A DNA stretch of 64,000 nucleotides, taken from the NCBI RefSeq assembly GCF_020745735.1, contig NC_083410.1, positions 3,880,117-3,944,116 on the forward strand, written 5' to 3'. A program made the translations under genes and the position numbers. Origin of the DNA: Hemiscyllium ocellatum. Taxonomy: Eukaryota. This document shows, piece by piece, positions 26,010 through 38,400 of this stretch. The notes beneath the pieces were generated by a model. It had not been told where the DNA came from, made no database searches, and saw only the letters and a list, made by a program, of their open reading frames with translations. How positions within the stretch are numbered: position 1 is the first letter of the stretch; the number at the start of each line of letters is the position of its first letter.

Positions 26010-26255
26010 GCAGCTGTTAACTTATTCCAATCAGGAAGCCCTGGCTGACAGATATTAACAAAAGTGTCAGGGGTTCTGTTCTCTATCTCTGAGCTAGCTC
26101 TGAGCTAGCTGGGTAAGTGTCATGTACTTTGCAAGTGTAAATAAAGGGGGACTTGGTGATTTTATTGAGTTAAGATGAGTCATTTTGAACAGCCTCACTG
26201 TTTATTTGCAATATGTCAGTACCTTTCAAACACATCTTTTCATTGCTGGTCAGCC

Positions 26256-26275
26256 CACTTCGTCCTTCCTCTTTT
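26256..26275. promoter_or_regulatory. Putative ETS/PU.1-type purine boxes ~100-120 bp upstream of the leader ATG
   Basis: CACTTCGTCCTTCCTCTTTT here. The paralogous position (62183..62201) has CACTTCCTCTTTCCTCTTT, including a canonical PU-box (reverse complement AAAGAGGAAGTG). Confidence 0.4.
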
Positions 26276-26376
26276 GGTACTGTATCTTTAAGTTCCATAG
26301 TACAGAGATCCTGAAACACCAACATTACAACACAGTCTGCGAAAGAATAGCAATTGAAAAAATACATTTATTTGAA

Positions 26377-26428
26377 ATGTTTTTCCTGAAATTGTCCATC
26401 TTATCTCGGATCTTCTCTGTCGCACTGG
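26377..26428 (+). CDS. Exon 1 (leader) [18 protein letters not shown]
   Basis: ATG, 52 nt, donor GTAAGT at 26429, phase 1 matching V1 (gives ..VALG-QDTRPV). The paralogous block at 62317..62375 is decayed. Confidence 0.6.
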
Positions 26429-29400
26429 GTAAGTAAATGCTTGAATTTGACTTTGTTTCCATAGACGTCTATTTCTGAGTTTGATTTTCTGATGGTGAGT
26501 CGGTATTTTGTAGTTCAGGATTTCCTACTGAGAGCTGACATTGGGCTTTCTCATAGTGCAACACAAACAGAGTGTTAGATGTGACACTGAACGCTACTGT
26601 CCAGTTTTCCCACTCCTGGAATCTAGCGGCTGTCATTTAAAAATTCCATGCCAAGTCTGCACAAAGTTTCTTACTGAAACACTGCACTTTTTAAAGAACC
26701 CCAACTTGTGGCAAAGTGAATAAACCTTCAGCATTAGTCCATCAAATAGACTCGTCAATACGCGATGTGACTAATACTTCTGTGTGCCTCCTACTTTCGC
26801 TTAGACAGTGGGGGTAAAACCTTTGGGGAATGGGTAGAAATGGTGAATCATTCTGGGGAATTGTCAATCATCCAAGAGAAATTTTATTTTTTTGTAGTGG
26901 AGGCTATTGAGACCATACTCGGATGTTTATCCAGTCAGTGTGAACTTCCTGTGACTGAGTCAACAAACCAAAAACATCACAAACATGAATTATTCTGACC
27001 ATTACTACCTGGGAAACCTGACATCTTCCAGTCAGGCTCATGATCCAATGAGTTTACTGCGCGTTTCAGGGTGGATGGGAATCCAGGATAGATACACCAC
27101 AATCCCTGGTCACTGGCCAACATCATTGAATTCTCACATCCCAGTTTGACTGCTGGATTGATCTGGTGGAGACTGAAATATAAACAAGTGTGAACATGCA
27201 CTAGATTCAGACTTCATTCCGGTTCAGAACCAAAACAGAAATTGGTGGAGTAATGCAGCATGCCTGGCAATATCTGAGGCGAGAAAAATGGTTGTTAACA
27301 TTTTGAGTCCAATCTGATTTTTCTCCACACTGAATTCAAAATATCAACTCTTTTCACTATCTGCAAATACTGAGCCAAACCTGCTGAGATTCTCTGAAAC
27401 TTGTATTTCAAATTTCCAGCATCTGTCTTCCTTTTCTCTCAAATGATAATGGAATTAAATTCTTTGAAATTTAACGGCAGGCTGAATTTTGCAATACTAA
27501 GTTTCAGGAAGCTCAAATTAAGTTCTCTTTTACAAAGAATTTGGCGGTGATTGTACAAAATCTAATTTAAGATACCTGGCTAGATGCTGTCAACATGTAA
27601 CAGGCAAGAGTGTGTTCCTGATAGAATCCAGAGAGCAGCCATAACTTTACACATTTTGCTCACACAGGGGCTGGTTCAGATGGGATAGTGATTTTCAAGT
27701 CAGCAGGAAGCAGACAGGTAGCCTGACTGTCCAGTCCAAAAGAAAGGAGGATAATTGTGTCTAGCATATGGTGGTCCCAATAAGACCATAACCCAAGGAC
27801 TGAATTAGACTATTAAGCCCATTAAGTCTGCTCCACCATTTGATCATGGCTGATATGTTTCTAAACCCTATTCTCCTGCCTTCTCCCCAGAACCCTTTGT
27901 AGAAATCCAAATAGATTACGTACAGGAGGTGGGGAGGTGTGAAAATTTCCAGGCTAGTGTTATGGGAGAGGGGAATGGCCTCAAGGGTGGATCTGAACCT
28001 TCCATTGTGGGGTCATGGGATTAGACTGAGGGCACTGAATAGCGGATATCTGTGATCGGAGGGAGTGAGATGTGGGTGGATTGAATTTCAGGGCTGTGGT
28101 AGAAATTCAGAGGGTGGGGATTCACTGTTCCAGAAACAGGAGCTTGGAAAGTGGGTGGAGGGAGCTGTGTGGATCAGGGCCAGGATGGTATGGGGATGGG
28201 AACGAGTGTAGGCTCAAGTGAGAAGAGCAGAATCAGAGAATTGTTACAGCACAGAAGAAGCCATCCTGCCCATTGTGTCTGTACCAGCCCGTCAAACTAT
28301 CATCATTACCTCGTACCAATCTCCTCTGTTTTCCCTGTATCCCTGCAGACCATTTCAGACCTAATCAGCAATGAATCTCCTCTTGAAAGGCTCAGGTGAC
28401 CCTGCCTCCACTACATTTCCAGGCAGGATCACATTTCCTTCTTTTGCAGATCACTTTAAATCTATGCCCCTCTTGTTCTTGTTCCTTTTACAGGCAGAAA
28501 CCCCTTCTCCCTATCTACTCTGTCCAGCCTGATCATGATTTTAAAAGTCTCAATCCCATTTCCTCTCAACCTTCTCTCCAGAGAGAATCGTTTTAATGCC
28601 TGCGATTTGTCCTCATCGCTGAAGTGCCTCATCCCTCAAACTGTTTTTGTAAATCACATCGGCACTGTCTCCCCACTGCAGTCCCATCTTTCCTATGGTG
28701 TGGTGCCCACAATTGTACACAATACTTCAAATGAGGATGAACCCATGCCTTGTACAAGTTCCAAAACACTACCCTGCTCTTCCACACTCTGTCCCTATTA
28801 ATAAAGCTGAGGACACTGCCTGCATTATAAACTGCTCGCTCCACCTGCCTTGTCACCTCAATGGTCTGTGCACATAAGTACCCAGGTCCCCCTGCTCCTG
28901 CACCCCCTTTAGAATTGTATCCCCTATTTTAGATTATCTTTGAATGTCCTTCCGACTTTACATCTTACACTGTCTGCATTGAACCAGTCTGCCACATGCC
29001 TGCCCATTCCACCAACTTGTCAATGTCCCATTTTAGCATTACACTGTATTTCTCACAGTTAACAACTCTTCCAAGTTCCGTGTCATCTGCAAACTTTGTA
29101 ATTGTGACTTACACACCAAGACCAGATCATTAGTATCGACCAGAAAAGGAAGAATCCCAGTAACAACCCCTGAAGAACTCTACTGTAAACCTCACCCAGT
29201 CCAAAAAATATCCATGGCTCATTAACTTTTATTTCCTATCACTCAGCCAGTTTTGTATCCACATTGTGACTATCCCATTCATATTTATCAATAACAATCC
29301 TCACAAGCCTATTGGGTGGCACTGGAAATCCTTTTGCACCATATTAGCAGCATTAGCTTCACTGAGCATTTATCCTACCTCTTTGAAAAACTCCAGCAAT

Positions 29401-32400
29401 CTAGTAAGACATCACTTCCCTTTCAGAAATCCATGCTGAGCTTTCAAATCAATCTGCACTTTTCCATTATTAATTCTATCCCAAATAATTGTCACCAAAA
29501 TTATCTCACCACTTAGGTTAATGTTGGGCTTGTTGTTACAATCTTTCTCAAACAAGGCTGGAATATTTGCAATTATTCAGCCTCTGGCACATCCCCATAT
29601 CTCGGGAGGACTGAGATTGTGGCCAATCCCCTTGAATTATCTGCCCTCTCAACCTTCAAAATATTCGCAAACCATCCTGGTGCCTTGTCAACATTAAATA
29701 CAAACAGATTTGAAGGAGACATTGATTATATTTTCCAAGAGAATTAGGATGTCTGTTCATTGACCATGCAATGTTAATAAGAAAGTATTGATAGATACAG
29801 ATATAAGACAGGAGATAAGGTGCCACGGAAAGGTTATTGCACAAGATAGGAGCTCATAATATTGGGGTAAATATATCAGCATGGATTGGGCGATTAGTGA
29901 AAACAAAGACAGAGTTGGGATGAATGGGTTATTTTGAGGTTGGAATGATGCAGTTAGTGAAGTACCACAGGAATTAGTCCCAAAGCCTTAATTCTTTACC
30001 ATCTCAGCATTTGACAAGGTTCTTCATGGTCGACTAGTTGGCAAGTTTAGATCTCATGGAATACAGAGAGAGCTAACCATTTGGATACAGAAGTGGCTCA
30101 AAGGCAGAGGGTGGTGGTGGACGGCAGCTTTTCAGATTGAACGCCTGTGACCACATGGATCAGTGCTGAGTCTACCACTTTTCATCACTTACGTAAATGA
30201 TTTGGATGTGAACCTAGGACATGTGGTTTATTAGTTTGTAGATGACACCAAAATTGGAGATGTAGTGGACAGCGAAGAAGATTATATTGGAGTACAATGG
30301 GATTTTGTTCAGATGGGCCAATGGGCTGAGGACTGTTAGATCAAGTTTAATTTAAGTTCTTAATATGAAACAAAATGGAAACAAGCAGGCGCAGTTTGTA
30401 ATTAACAAGACAAGTGGAATTTTGAGCTTTTTTTGCGAGCGGGGCCTGGAGTTTAAAAACAGGGAAGACTTGTAACAACTGCACAGGGTGTTGCTGAGGC
30501 TGCATCTGGAGTACTGTGCAGAGTCTTGGTCCCTATATTTAACAAAGGATGGACTGTCATGGGAGGCTGTTCAAAGAGATTCACTCACTGGTTCCTGGGA
30601 TGAAGGGGTGACTAATTATTCATGGCTGTACAGTCAGGGCTTTCTTCATGAGTGTATATGATGTTGCTATGATGATGTGACCATAACAGAGACATAGGTT
30701 TCTCAGGGACAGGAATGGTTGCTGGATGTTCCAGGGTTTAGAACATTTAAAAAGAATAGGGAGGGGGGAAAAAGAAGAGTGGGTGTAGCACTACTAATCA
30801 GAGAGGGTCTGTATCACAGCTACAAAAGTTACCATTGACGAGGAGGGTCTGCCTACCGAGTCAGTATGGGTGGAAATTAGGAACAGTAAGGGAGCAGTCA
30901 CCTCATTAGGGGTTTACTACAGGCCCCCCAATAGCATCAGAGAGATTGAAGAAAGCATAGGTCAGCAGATTTTGGAAAAGTATGAATGTAGTAGGGTTGT
31001 TGTAATGGGTGAATATAATTTTCCCAATATTGATTGGAACCTCCTTCGAGCAGATGGTTTGGAAGGAGCTGTTTTTGTAAGGTGTTATGGAGGGTTTCCT
31101 AACTCAGTACATTGACAGGCCGATGAGGGGAACGGCCATTTTCGATTTGGTGCTCGGCAATTAGCCCAAGCAGGTGTTAGGTCTTGTGGTGGGAGAGCAT
31201 TTTGGTGATAGTGACCACAACTGCCTCACATTCTACATAGCTAAGGAGAAGGAGAGAAGCAGGCATAATGGGAGGATATTTAATTGAGGAAAAGGAAACT
31301 ATGTTGCTATCAGACATTGAGTTGAGAAGCATGGACTGGGAGCAATTGTTCCATGGAAAGGGCACTATAGACATGTGGAGACTGTTTAAGGAACAGTTGT
31401 TGCAAGTGATGCATAAATGTGTTCCTCTGAGACAGGCAAGAAGGGGTAAGATAAAGGAACCTTGGATGATGAGAGCGGAGGAGCTTCTCATCAAAAGATA
31501 GAAGGCAGCTTACATAAGGTGGAGGAAGCAAGGGTCTTGAGGATTACAAGCTCTAGAGGATTACAGGCAGGTGATGAAGGAGCTCAAAAATGGTCTGAGG
31601 AGAGCCAGGAGGGGGCACAAAAAAGGCTTGGCAGGAAGGATTAGGGAGAATCCAAAGGCATTTTACACGTATGCGAGGAATAAGAGAATGATCAAAGAAA
31701 GAGTAGGGCCGATCAGGATAGCATAGGGAACTTGTGTATAGAGTCTGAGGAGGCTGGGGAAGCTCTAAACGAGTTATTTGTTTTTTTCTTTACTAAAGAA
31801 AAGGACCTTGTAGTGAATGAAACCATTGAGGAGCAGGTAAGCATGCTGGAACGGATAGAGACAGAGGAAGCTGACGTGCTGAAAATTTTACATTAAGATT
31901 GACAAGTCGCCAGGGCCAGGCCAGATTTGTCCTCGGCTGCTTTGGGAAGCGAGAAATGTGATTGCTTCGCCGCTTGCAATGATCTTTGCATCCTCACTCT
32001 CCACCAGAGTCGTACCTGAGGACTGGAGGGAGGCAAATGTAATTCCTCTCTTCAAGAAAGAAAATAGGGAAATCCCCGGCAATTACAGACCAGTCAGTCT
32101 CACGTCTGTCGTCTGCAAGGTGTTAGAAAGGATTCTGAGGGATAGGATTTATGACCATCTGGAAGAGCATGGCTTGATTAAATGCAGTCAGCACGGCTTT
32201 CTGAGGGGCAGGTCATGTCTCACAAATCTTATTGAGTTCTTTGAGGATGTTACTAGACAAGTTGATGAGGGTCGAGCTGTCGATGTAGTGTATATCAGCA
32301 AGGCATTTGATAAAGTTCCCCATAGTAGACTCGTTCAGAAGGTCAAGAGGAATGAAATAGAGGGAAATTTAGCTGTCTGGATATAGAATTGGCTGGTCGA

Positions 32401-35400
32401 CAGAAGACAGCGATGGTAGTGGAAGGGAAGTATTCTGCCTGGAAGTCAGTGGTGAGTGGTGTTCCACAGTACTCTGTTCTTGGGCCTCTACTCCTTGTAA
32501 TTTTTATTAATGACTTGGATGAGGAGATTGAAGGATGGGTTAGCAAGTTTGCAGACGACACAAAGATTAGAGGTGTCATTGACAGTATAGAGGGCTGTTG
32601 TTGGCTGCAGTGTGACATTGACAGGATGCAGAGATGGGCTGAGAGGTGGCAGATGGAGTTCAACCTGGATAAATGTGAAGTGATGCATTTTGGAAGGTCA
32701 AACTTGAAAGTTGAGTACAGGATTAACGACAGGATTCTTGGCAGTGTGGAGGAACAGAGGGATCTTGATGTGCAGGTACATAGATCCCTTAAAATGGCCA
32801 CCCAAGTGGACAGGGTTGTTAAGAAAGCATATGGTATTTTCACTTTCATTAACAGGGGGATTGAGTTTAAGAGCCATGAGATCTTGTTGCAGCTCTATAA
32901 AACTTTGGTTAGACCGCACTTGGAATTCTGTGTCCAGTTCTGGTCGCCCTATTATAGGAAAGATGTGAATGCTTTGGAGAGTTTTCAGAGAACATTTACC
33001 AAGATTCTGCCTGGAATGGAGGGTTTATTTTATCTTATGAAGAGAGGTTGACTGAGCTCGGACTTTTTTCATTGGAGAAAAGGAGGAGAAGAGGGGACCT
33101 AATTGAGGTATACAAGATAGTGAGAGGCATAGAAAGAGTTGATAGCAGAAATTTTCCCAGGGCAGAAATTGTTAACGCGAGGGGTCGGAAAGTATAGAGG
33201 GGATGTCAGAGGCGGGTTCTTTATGCAGAGAGTTGTAGGAGCATGGAATGCGTTGCCAGCAGCAGTTGTGGAAGCGAGGTCACTGGGGATATTTAAGAGA
33301 CTGCTGGGCATGCATATGGTCACAGAAATTTGAGGGTTCGTACATTAGGTTTACCTTACATGAGGATCAATGGTCGGCACAACATCGTGGACTGAAGGGC
33401 CTGTTATGTGCTGTATTGTTCTATGTTCTATAGAAGAATGCAGTCTGATCCTACTGAGACATGAGGGAGTTTGACAGGGTGGATACTGGGAATCTTGAAC
33501 AAGGGGACACAGTTTCAGAGTAAGGGTCACTCATTTAAAACTGAGATAGGGAGCAATTTCTTCTCCCAGAAGGAACTGAATGTCTGGAATTCTCAACACT
33601 AAAGTTGTGGTGGATAGTTCAATGAAAGGATTTAAAGAGGAGAGAGGTGGATTTTTGAAATATCAAGGAACTAAGAATTGAGAAGTTGGCATGATTGGGG
33701 AGTTGAGGCCTGGAACAGACAAACCCTGATCTTGAATAATGGAACAACCTTGAGGGGCTGAATGGCCTACTCCTGTTCCTATTTCTGAGGATCTTATGTC
33801 TGTGAATCTGCTTTCTTTCCTTTCAGTGTTGGTGGTGTCCCATTTGAGGAATGATTGAATTTGTGATTTTGCTGCCCATGAACTCCTGGTCATTCTCCTC
33901 AAACTAGTCTTGATAATTCTTGCTGGACAGCCCCCTGGGTCTCTGCTCAGCAGCTGTTTCTGATGGATTTAGGGGTAGACCAATTTGTGTGGACATTCTG
34001 TAGTCCCTGTTCATTCACCATCATCGCATTGACTGTGAGACATTGACTGATTAGGTCTTCCTTTACAAAGTCCTCAAGTCCATCAATACTGTATTTCCTC
34101 TGGGAGCATTTCCGTCTTTCCTCTGACACGGTCCTTGCATTTCCTTTGGTAGTGGATCTGTATTTCCAGTGGCACTGAGAGTCATACAGCACGAAAACAG
34201 ACCCTTCAGTCTAACTAATCCATGCTGACCAGAATCCCAAATAAACTAAACCCACATGCCTGAGCGTGGCCCATATCCCTCGCAATATTTTGTATTCATA
34301 TGCTTGTCCAAATGTCTTTGAAACGTTGTAATTGTACCCACATTCACAATTTCCTCTGGAAGTTTATTCCACACACAGACCACTCTCTGTACAAAACAAT
34401 TGCCCCTCGTATTTTTAAATCTCTCTCTTCTCACCTTAAAAATGTGCCCCCTGGTGTTGAAACCCCCTGCTCTAAGAGAAAAGGCACCTGACATTCCCCT
34501 TATCTATACTCTTCATGATTTTATAAGTCTCAGTATCCCTTCAACACTTCAATGAAAAAACTATCAACCTATTCAGCCTCTCCATACAATTCAAACCCTC
34601 CATTCCTGGTAATACCCTGATAAATCTCACTAGTTTAATGATATCCTTCCTCTAACAAGGTGACCAAAACTGCACATAATACATCACAAGAGGTCTCACC
34701 AACAAACTCTATAACATCAACATGATGTCCTATTTCCCAATTCCATACTCAAAAATCTGAGAAATGAAAGTGAGTGTGCTCAATGCATTCTTGATCATCC
34801 TGTCTATATGTGATGCAAACTTCAAAGAATTATGTGTCCTCTGTTCCGAAGGCTTTGTTTTTAATTCGATAAGTCCTGACCTTGTTTGTTTTACATTTGT
34901 CCAAATTAAACTCAATCTGCCACTGCTCAGTCTTTTGACCCAAATTATCAAGATCTCTTTGTAATCACAGATAACCGTTCTCACCAATTTTGGTTGCCAT
35001 TTGCAAACTTACGAACCATGCCTTCTATATTCTCATCTAAATCATTTATTTAAAGAGGGCCCAGCACTGAGCCCTGTGGATTATCACTTGTCACAGGCAT
35101 CCAATCCAAAAACAACCCACGACCACCACCCTTTGACTCCTGCTGTTAAGCCAATTTTGTATCTAATCGGCAAGCTCACCCTGAATCCCGTATGATTTAA
35201 CTTTAATCTATTAGTTTACCATGCAGAACCTTGTCAAAGACTTTACTAAAGTCAAAGTAAACAAAATGCTTTCCACTCTGGCCTCATCAACCTTCTTTGT
35301 TTCTTCCTCAAAAAACTGAATCAAGTTTGTGAGACTTGATTTCCCTCACACACAACCATGCTGACTATCCTAGTCATCCCTTACCTCTCCAAATGCATAC

Positions 35401-38400
35401 AAGTCATACCTTTCAGAATCGCTTCCAACAACTTACCTACCAATGGAGTCAGACTCACAGGTCTATAGTTCCCAGTTTCTCCTTACATCCCTTCTTGAAC
35501 AAAGGCACATTAGCTACTCTTCAGTCATCTGACTCTTCATCCATAGTTATAGATGATACAAATATTTGTGCAAGGGATCTGACAATTTCCTCCCTAACTT
35601 CCCACAATGTCCTGGCATACACTGGATCAGGTCCTGGTGATTTATCCGCCTTTATATTTTCTAAGACCTCTAACACTTTGTCTTCTGTAATGTGAACTAT
35701 AGAGTCCTACAGCACTGCGCCAGGCCCTTCGACCCACACTGATCCATGCCAACCAAAATGTCCATCCACGGTAATCCCATTTCCCTGCAATTCCCTTCTA
35801 AATCTTTCCTATCCATTTATTTATCTTTTGCCTTTTAAATTTGTTAATGTACTCACCACAACACTTCTGCTGGCAGCTCATTCCATCTGTGTCAAGAAAG
35901 TTGCTCTTCAGGTTCCCTTTTATTCTTTCCCTTCTAAGCTTAAACGAATGCCCTCTAGTCCTCAATTCCCCAGTCCTGGAAAAAAGACTGTGCGTTCAGT
36001 ATATCCATGCCTCCTAGGATCTTATACTCTTTTATAAGATCACCCTTCAGTCTCCGACACTCTGAAGAAAAAAGTCCTAGCTCGTCTAACCTCTCTCTCT
36101 AATTCATGCCGTTGAATCCTGATAAATTTCTTCTCCTGTTTAATAACATCCTTCCAATAGCAAGGTGACGAAAACAGAACACAACACTCCAAGTGTGGCC
36201 TCATTAACATCCTGTACAACTGCAGCATAATTAACCAACTTCTATAATCATTGCCCTTACTGTTAAAGGGCAGTGTGCCAAAAACCGCCTTCACTGCCTT
36301 GTCTACCTGTGACTCCACTTTCAGAGAAACACTTTCAAATTAATTTTCAAACTGCTTTCAAAACATCAATATTTGTTTCCCTGAGTTCTGTAGCCACCCA
36401 TTTCTTTCTCCACAATAAAAACTGATGCGAAATATTCGTTTAATGTCTCTCTCATCTTCTGAGATTCAACACAAAGATGATCTCTTTGATATTTCAGGGC
36501 CAAACTCCCTCTCCAGCTGTTCTCTTGCTCTTGATGTACTTGTAGAATCTCTTTGGATTATCCTTACCATTATTGATAAGACTACCTCATATCGTCTCTT
36601 TGCCTTCCTGATTTCCCTCTTAAGAATGCCCCGACACTCTTTTTACCAACCAAGAGTCATACAGTCAGAGATGCATGGACACAGAATCAGACACTTCAGT
36701 CCATGCCTACCATATATCCTAAATTAATCTAGGATTTGCCAGCATTTGGCCCATACCCTCCTAAATCCTTCCTATTCATATACCCATCCAGATGCCTTTT
36801 AAGTGTTGTAATTATACCAGTCTCCACCACTACCACTGGAAGTTCATTCCAATAATGGACCACCATCTGACTGAAAAATTGTCCCTTTGGTCAGAATTAG
36901 AATCCATACAGTGTGGAAATAGGCCCTTACCTGATCCCATGAAGAATAATCCACCCAGACTCATTCCCCTACATTTATTCCTGACTAATGCACCTAGCCA
37001 ACATATCCCTGAACAATTATGGGCAAATTAGCACGGTCATTTCAGCTAACCTGCACATCTTTAGATTGTGGGAGGAAGCCACAGCATCTGGAGGAAACTC
37101 ACACCAACACGGGGAGAATGTGCAAACGCCATACAGTCACCCAAGGTGGCATCGAACCCAGGTCCCTGGCACTGAGGCAGCAGTGCTCACCACTGAGCAA
37201 CAAGGCAGCCTAACTAAACAGTCCCTTTCAACTCTTTCCACTCTCACCTTAAACTGAGAGTTAAACTGACCGCATGCCTTTCAGATGATGCAGTCCAAGT
37301 GTAATGAGGCAGACTTGATTCAGGAGCCTAAGATCAAGGAACCCCCAAGGAACCAGTGACCATGGTATGATCAAATTCACATGGCAGTTTGAGAGGGAGA
37401 TGATTGAATCAGCTGAGTAAAGGTAACAACAAAGACATGAAGGAGGAGCTGGCCACAGTTGATTGGAAAGGAAGCCCATCATGGAAAGTGCTGGTTTCCA
37501 GAACTTCTAGTTCTAGACTCCCTGCCCTGGGAAAAAGACCTTGTCTATTTACCAGATCCATACCCCTCATGATTTTATAAACCTCTATAAAGGTTACCCT
37601 TCAGCCTCCAACATTCCTGGGAAAATAGCCCCAGCCTAATCAGCCTCTGCCAACGGCTCAAATCCTCCAATCCTGGCAATATTCTTGTAAATCTCTTCTG
37701 AACGCTTTCAAGTTTCACAACATCTTTCCTGTAGCAGGGAGACCAGAACTGAATGCAGTATTTCAAACATGGCCTAACCAACGTCCTGTATAGCTGCCAC
37801 ATGACCTCCCAACTGCTATACTCAACTCACTGACCAATAGATTAATTTGAATCCAGTGGTCTTTATCTCATTTATGATTCTTCTTTTTTTGTTGACTACA
37901 GCCTCAATACCTGTTATTCATGCATTGTTCCTTAATCCTACCAACCTTGGTCTTTCACTTGAACAGGAAAATAATGACTCAGATTTCTCGTTATCACACT
38001 TTTGACTTTCCTGACTTCCTTTCACTTACAGTCTACTCCAATCAATTTTTGAAATTTCTTGTTTCATTCCATTAAAATTTGCCTTAGAACATAGAACATT
38101 ACTCCAATTGAAATCTTTAAATTTTGTGAAAAGGCTTATTCTTTTCCATAATTATTTTAATCAAATAGAATTATGATCACTCAACCCAAAGTGTTCCTTT
38201 ACTATCACTTCAGTCTTTGCCCTGTCTTATTACCCAAGAGGTCAAGTAATACTCCGTATCTCGTTGGAACATTTATATATTGGTAAAGAAAACTTTCATG
38301 AATACATTACCAAATTCTTCATGATCCAACTCTTTAATGCTCTGCTGGGCCCAGGTAATTTGTGGAAAATTAAAATCACCCACTGTTTCGATCTAATTAT

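Larger units (their letters stand above)
14346..26191 (+). mobile_element. Decayed Gypsy/Ty3 LTR retrotransposon with nested insertions
   Basis: The 5' LTR is split into ~14346..14470, ~17490..17575 and ~19790..19829, followed by a PBS-like GTGGCAG. Internal remnants: protease (VRMEID, ~20760), RT (INTHKGLYQ, ~21450) and integrase (RTAPYHPSNGLAERA, ~22450). A purine tract at ~25229..25240 precedes the 3' LTR (25241..25299 + 26010..~26191). All frames are broken. Confidence 0.8.

Noticed and set aside
27668-27717. 50-nt exon-like segment ([17 protein letters not shown]) after the 26377 leader
   Set aside because: It ends in phase 0 with a weak donor (GTAGCC), which is incompatible with phase-1 V1, and read-through hits a stop.
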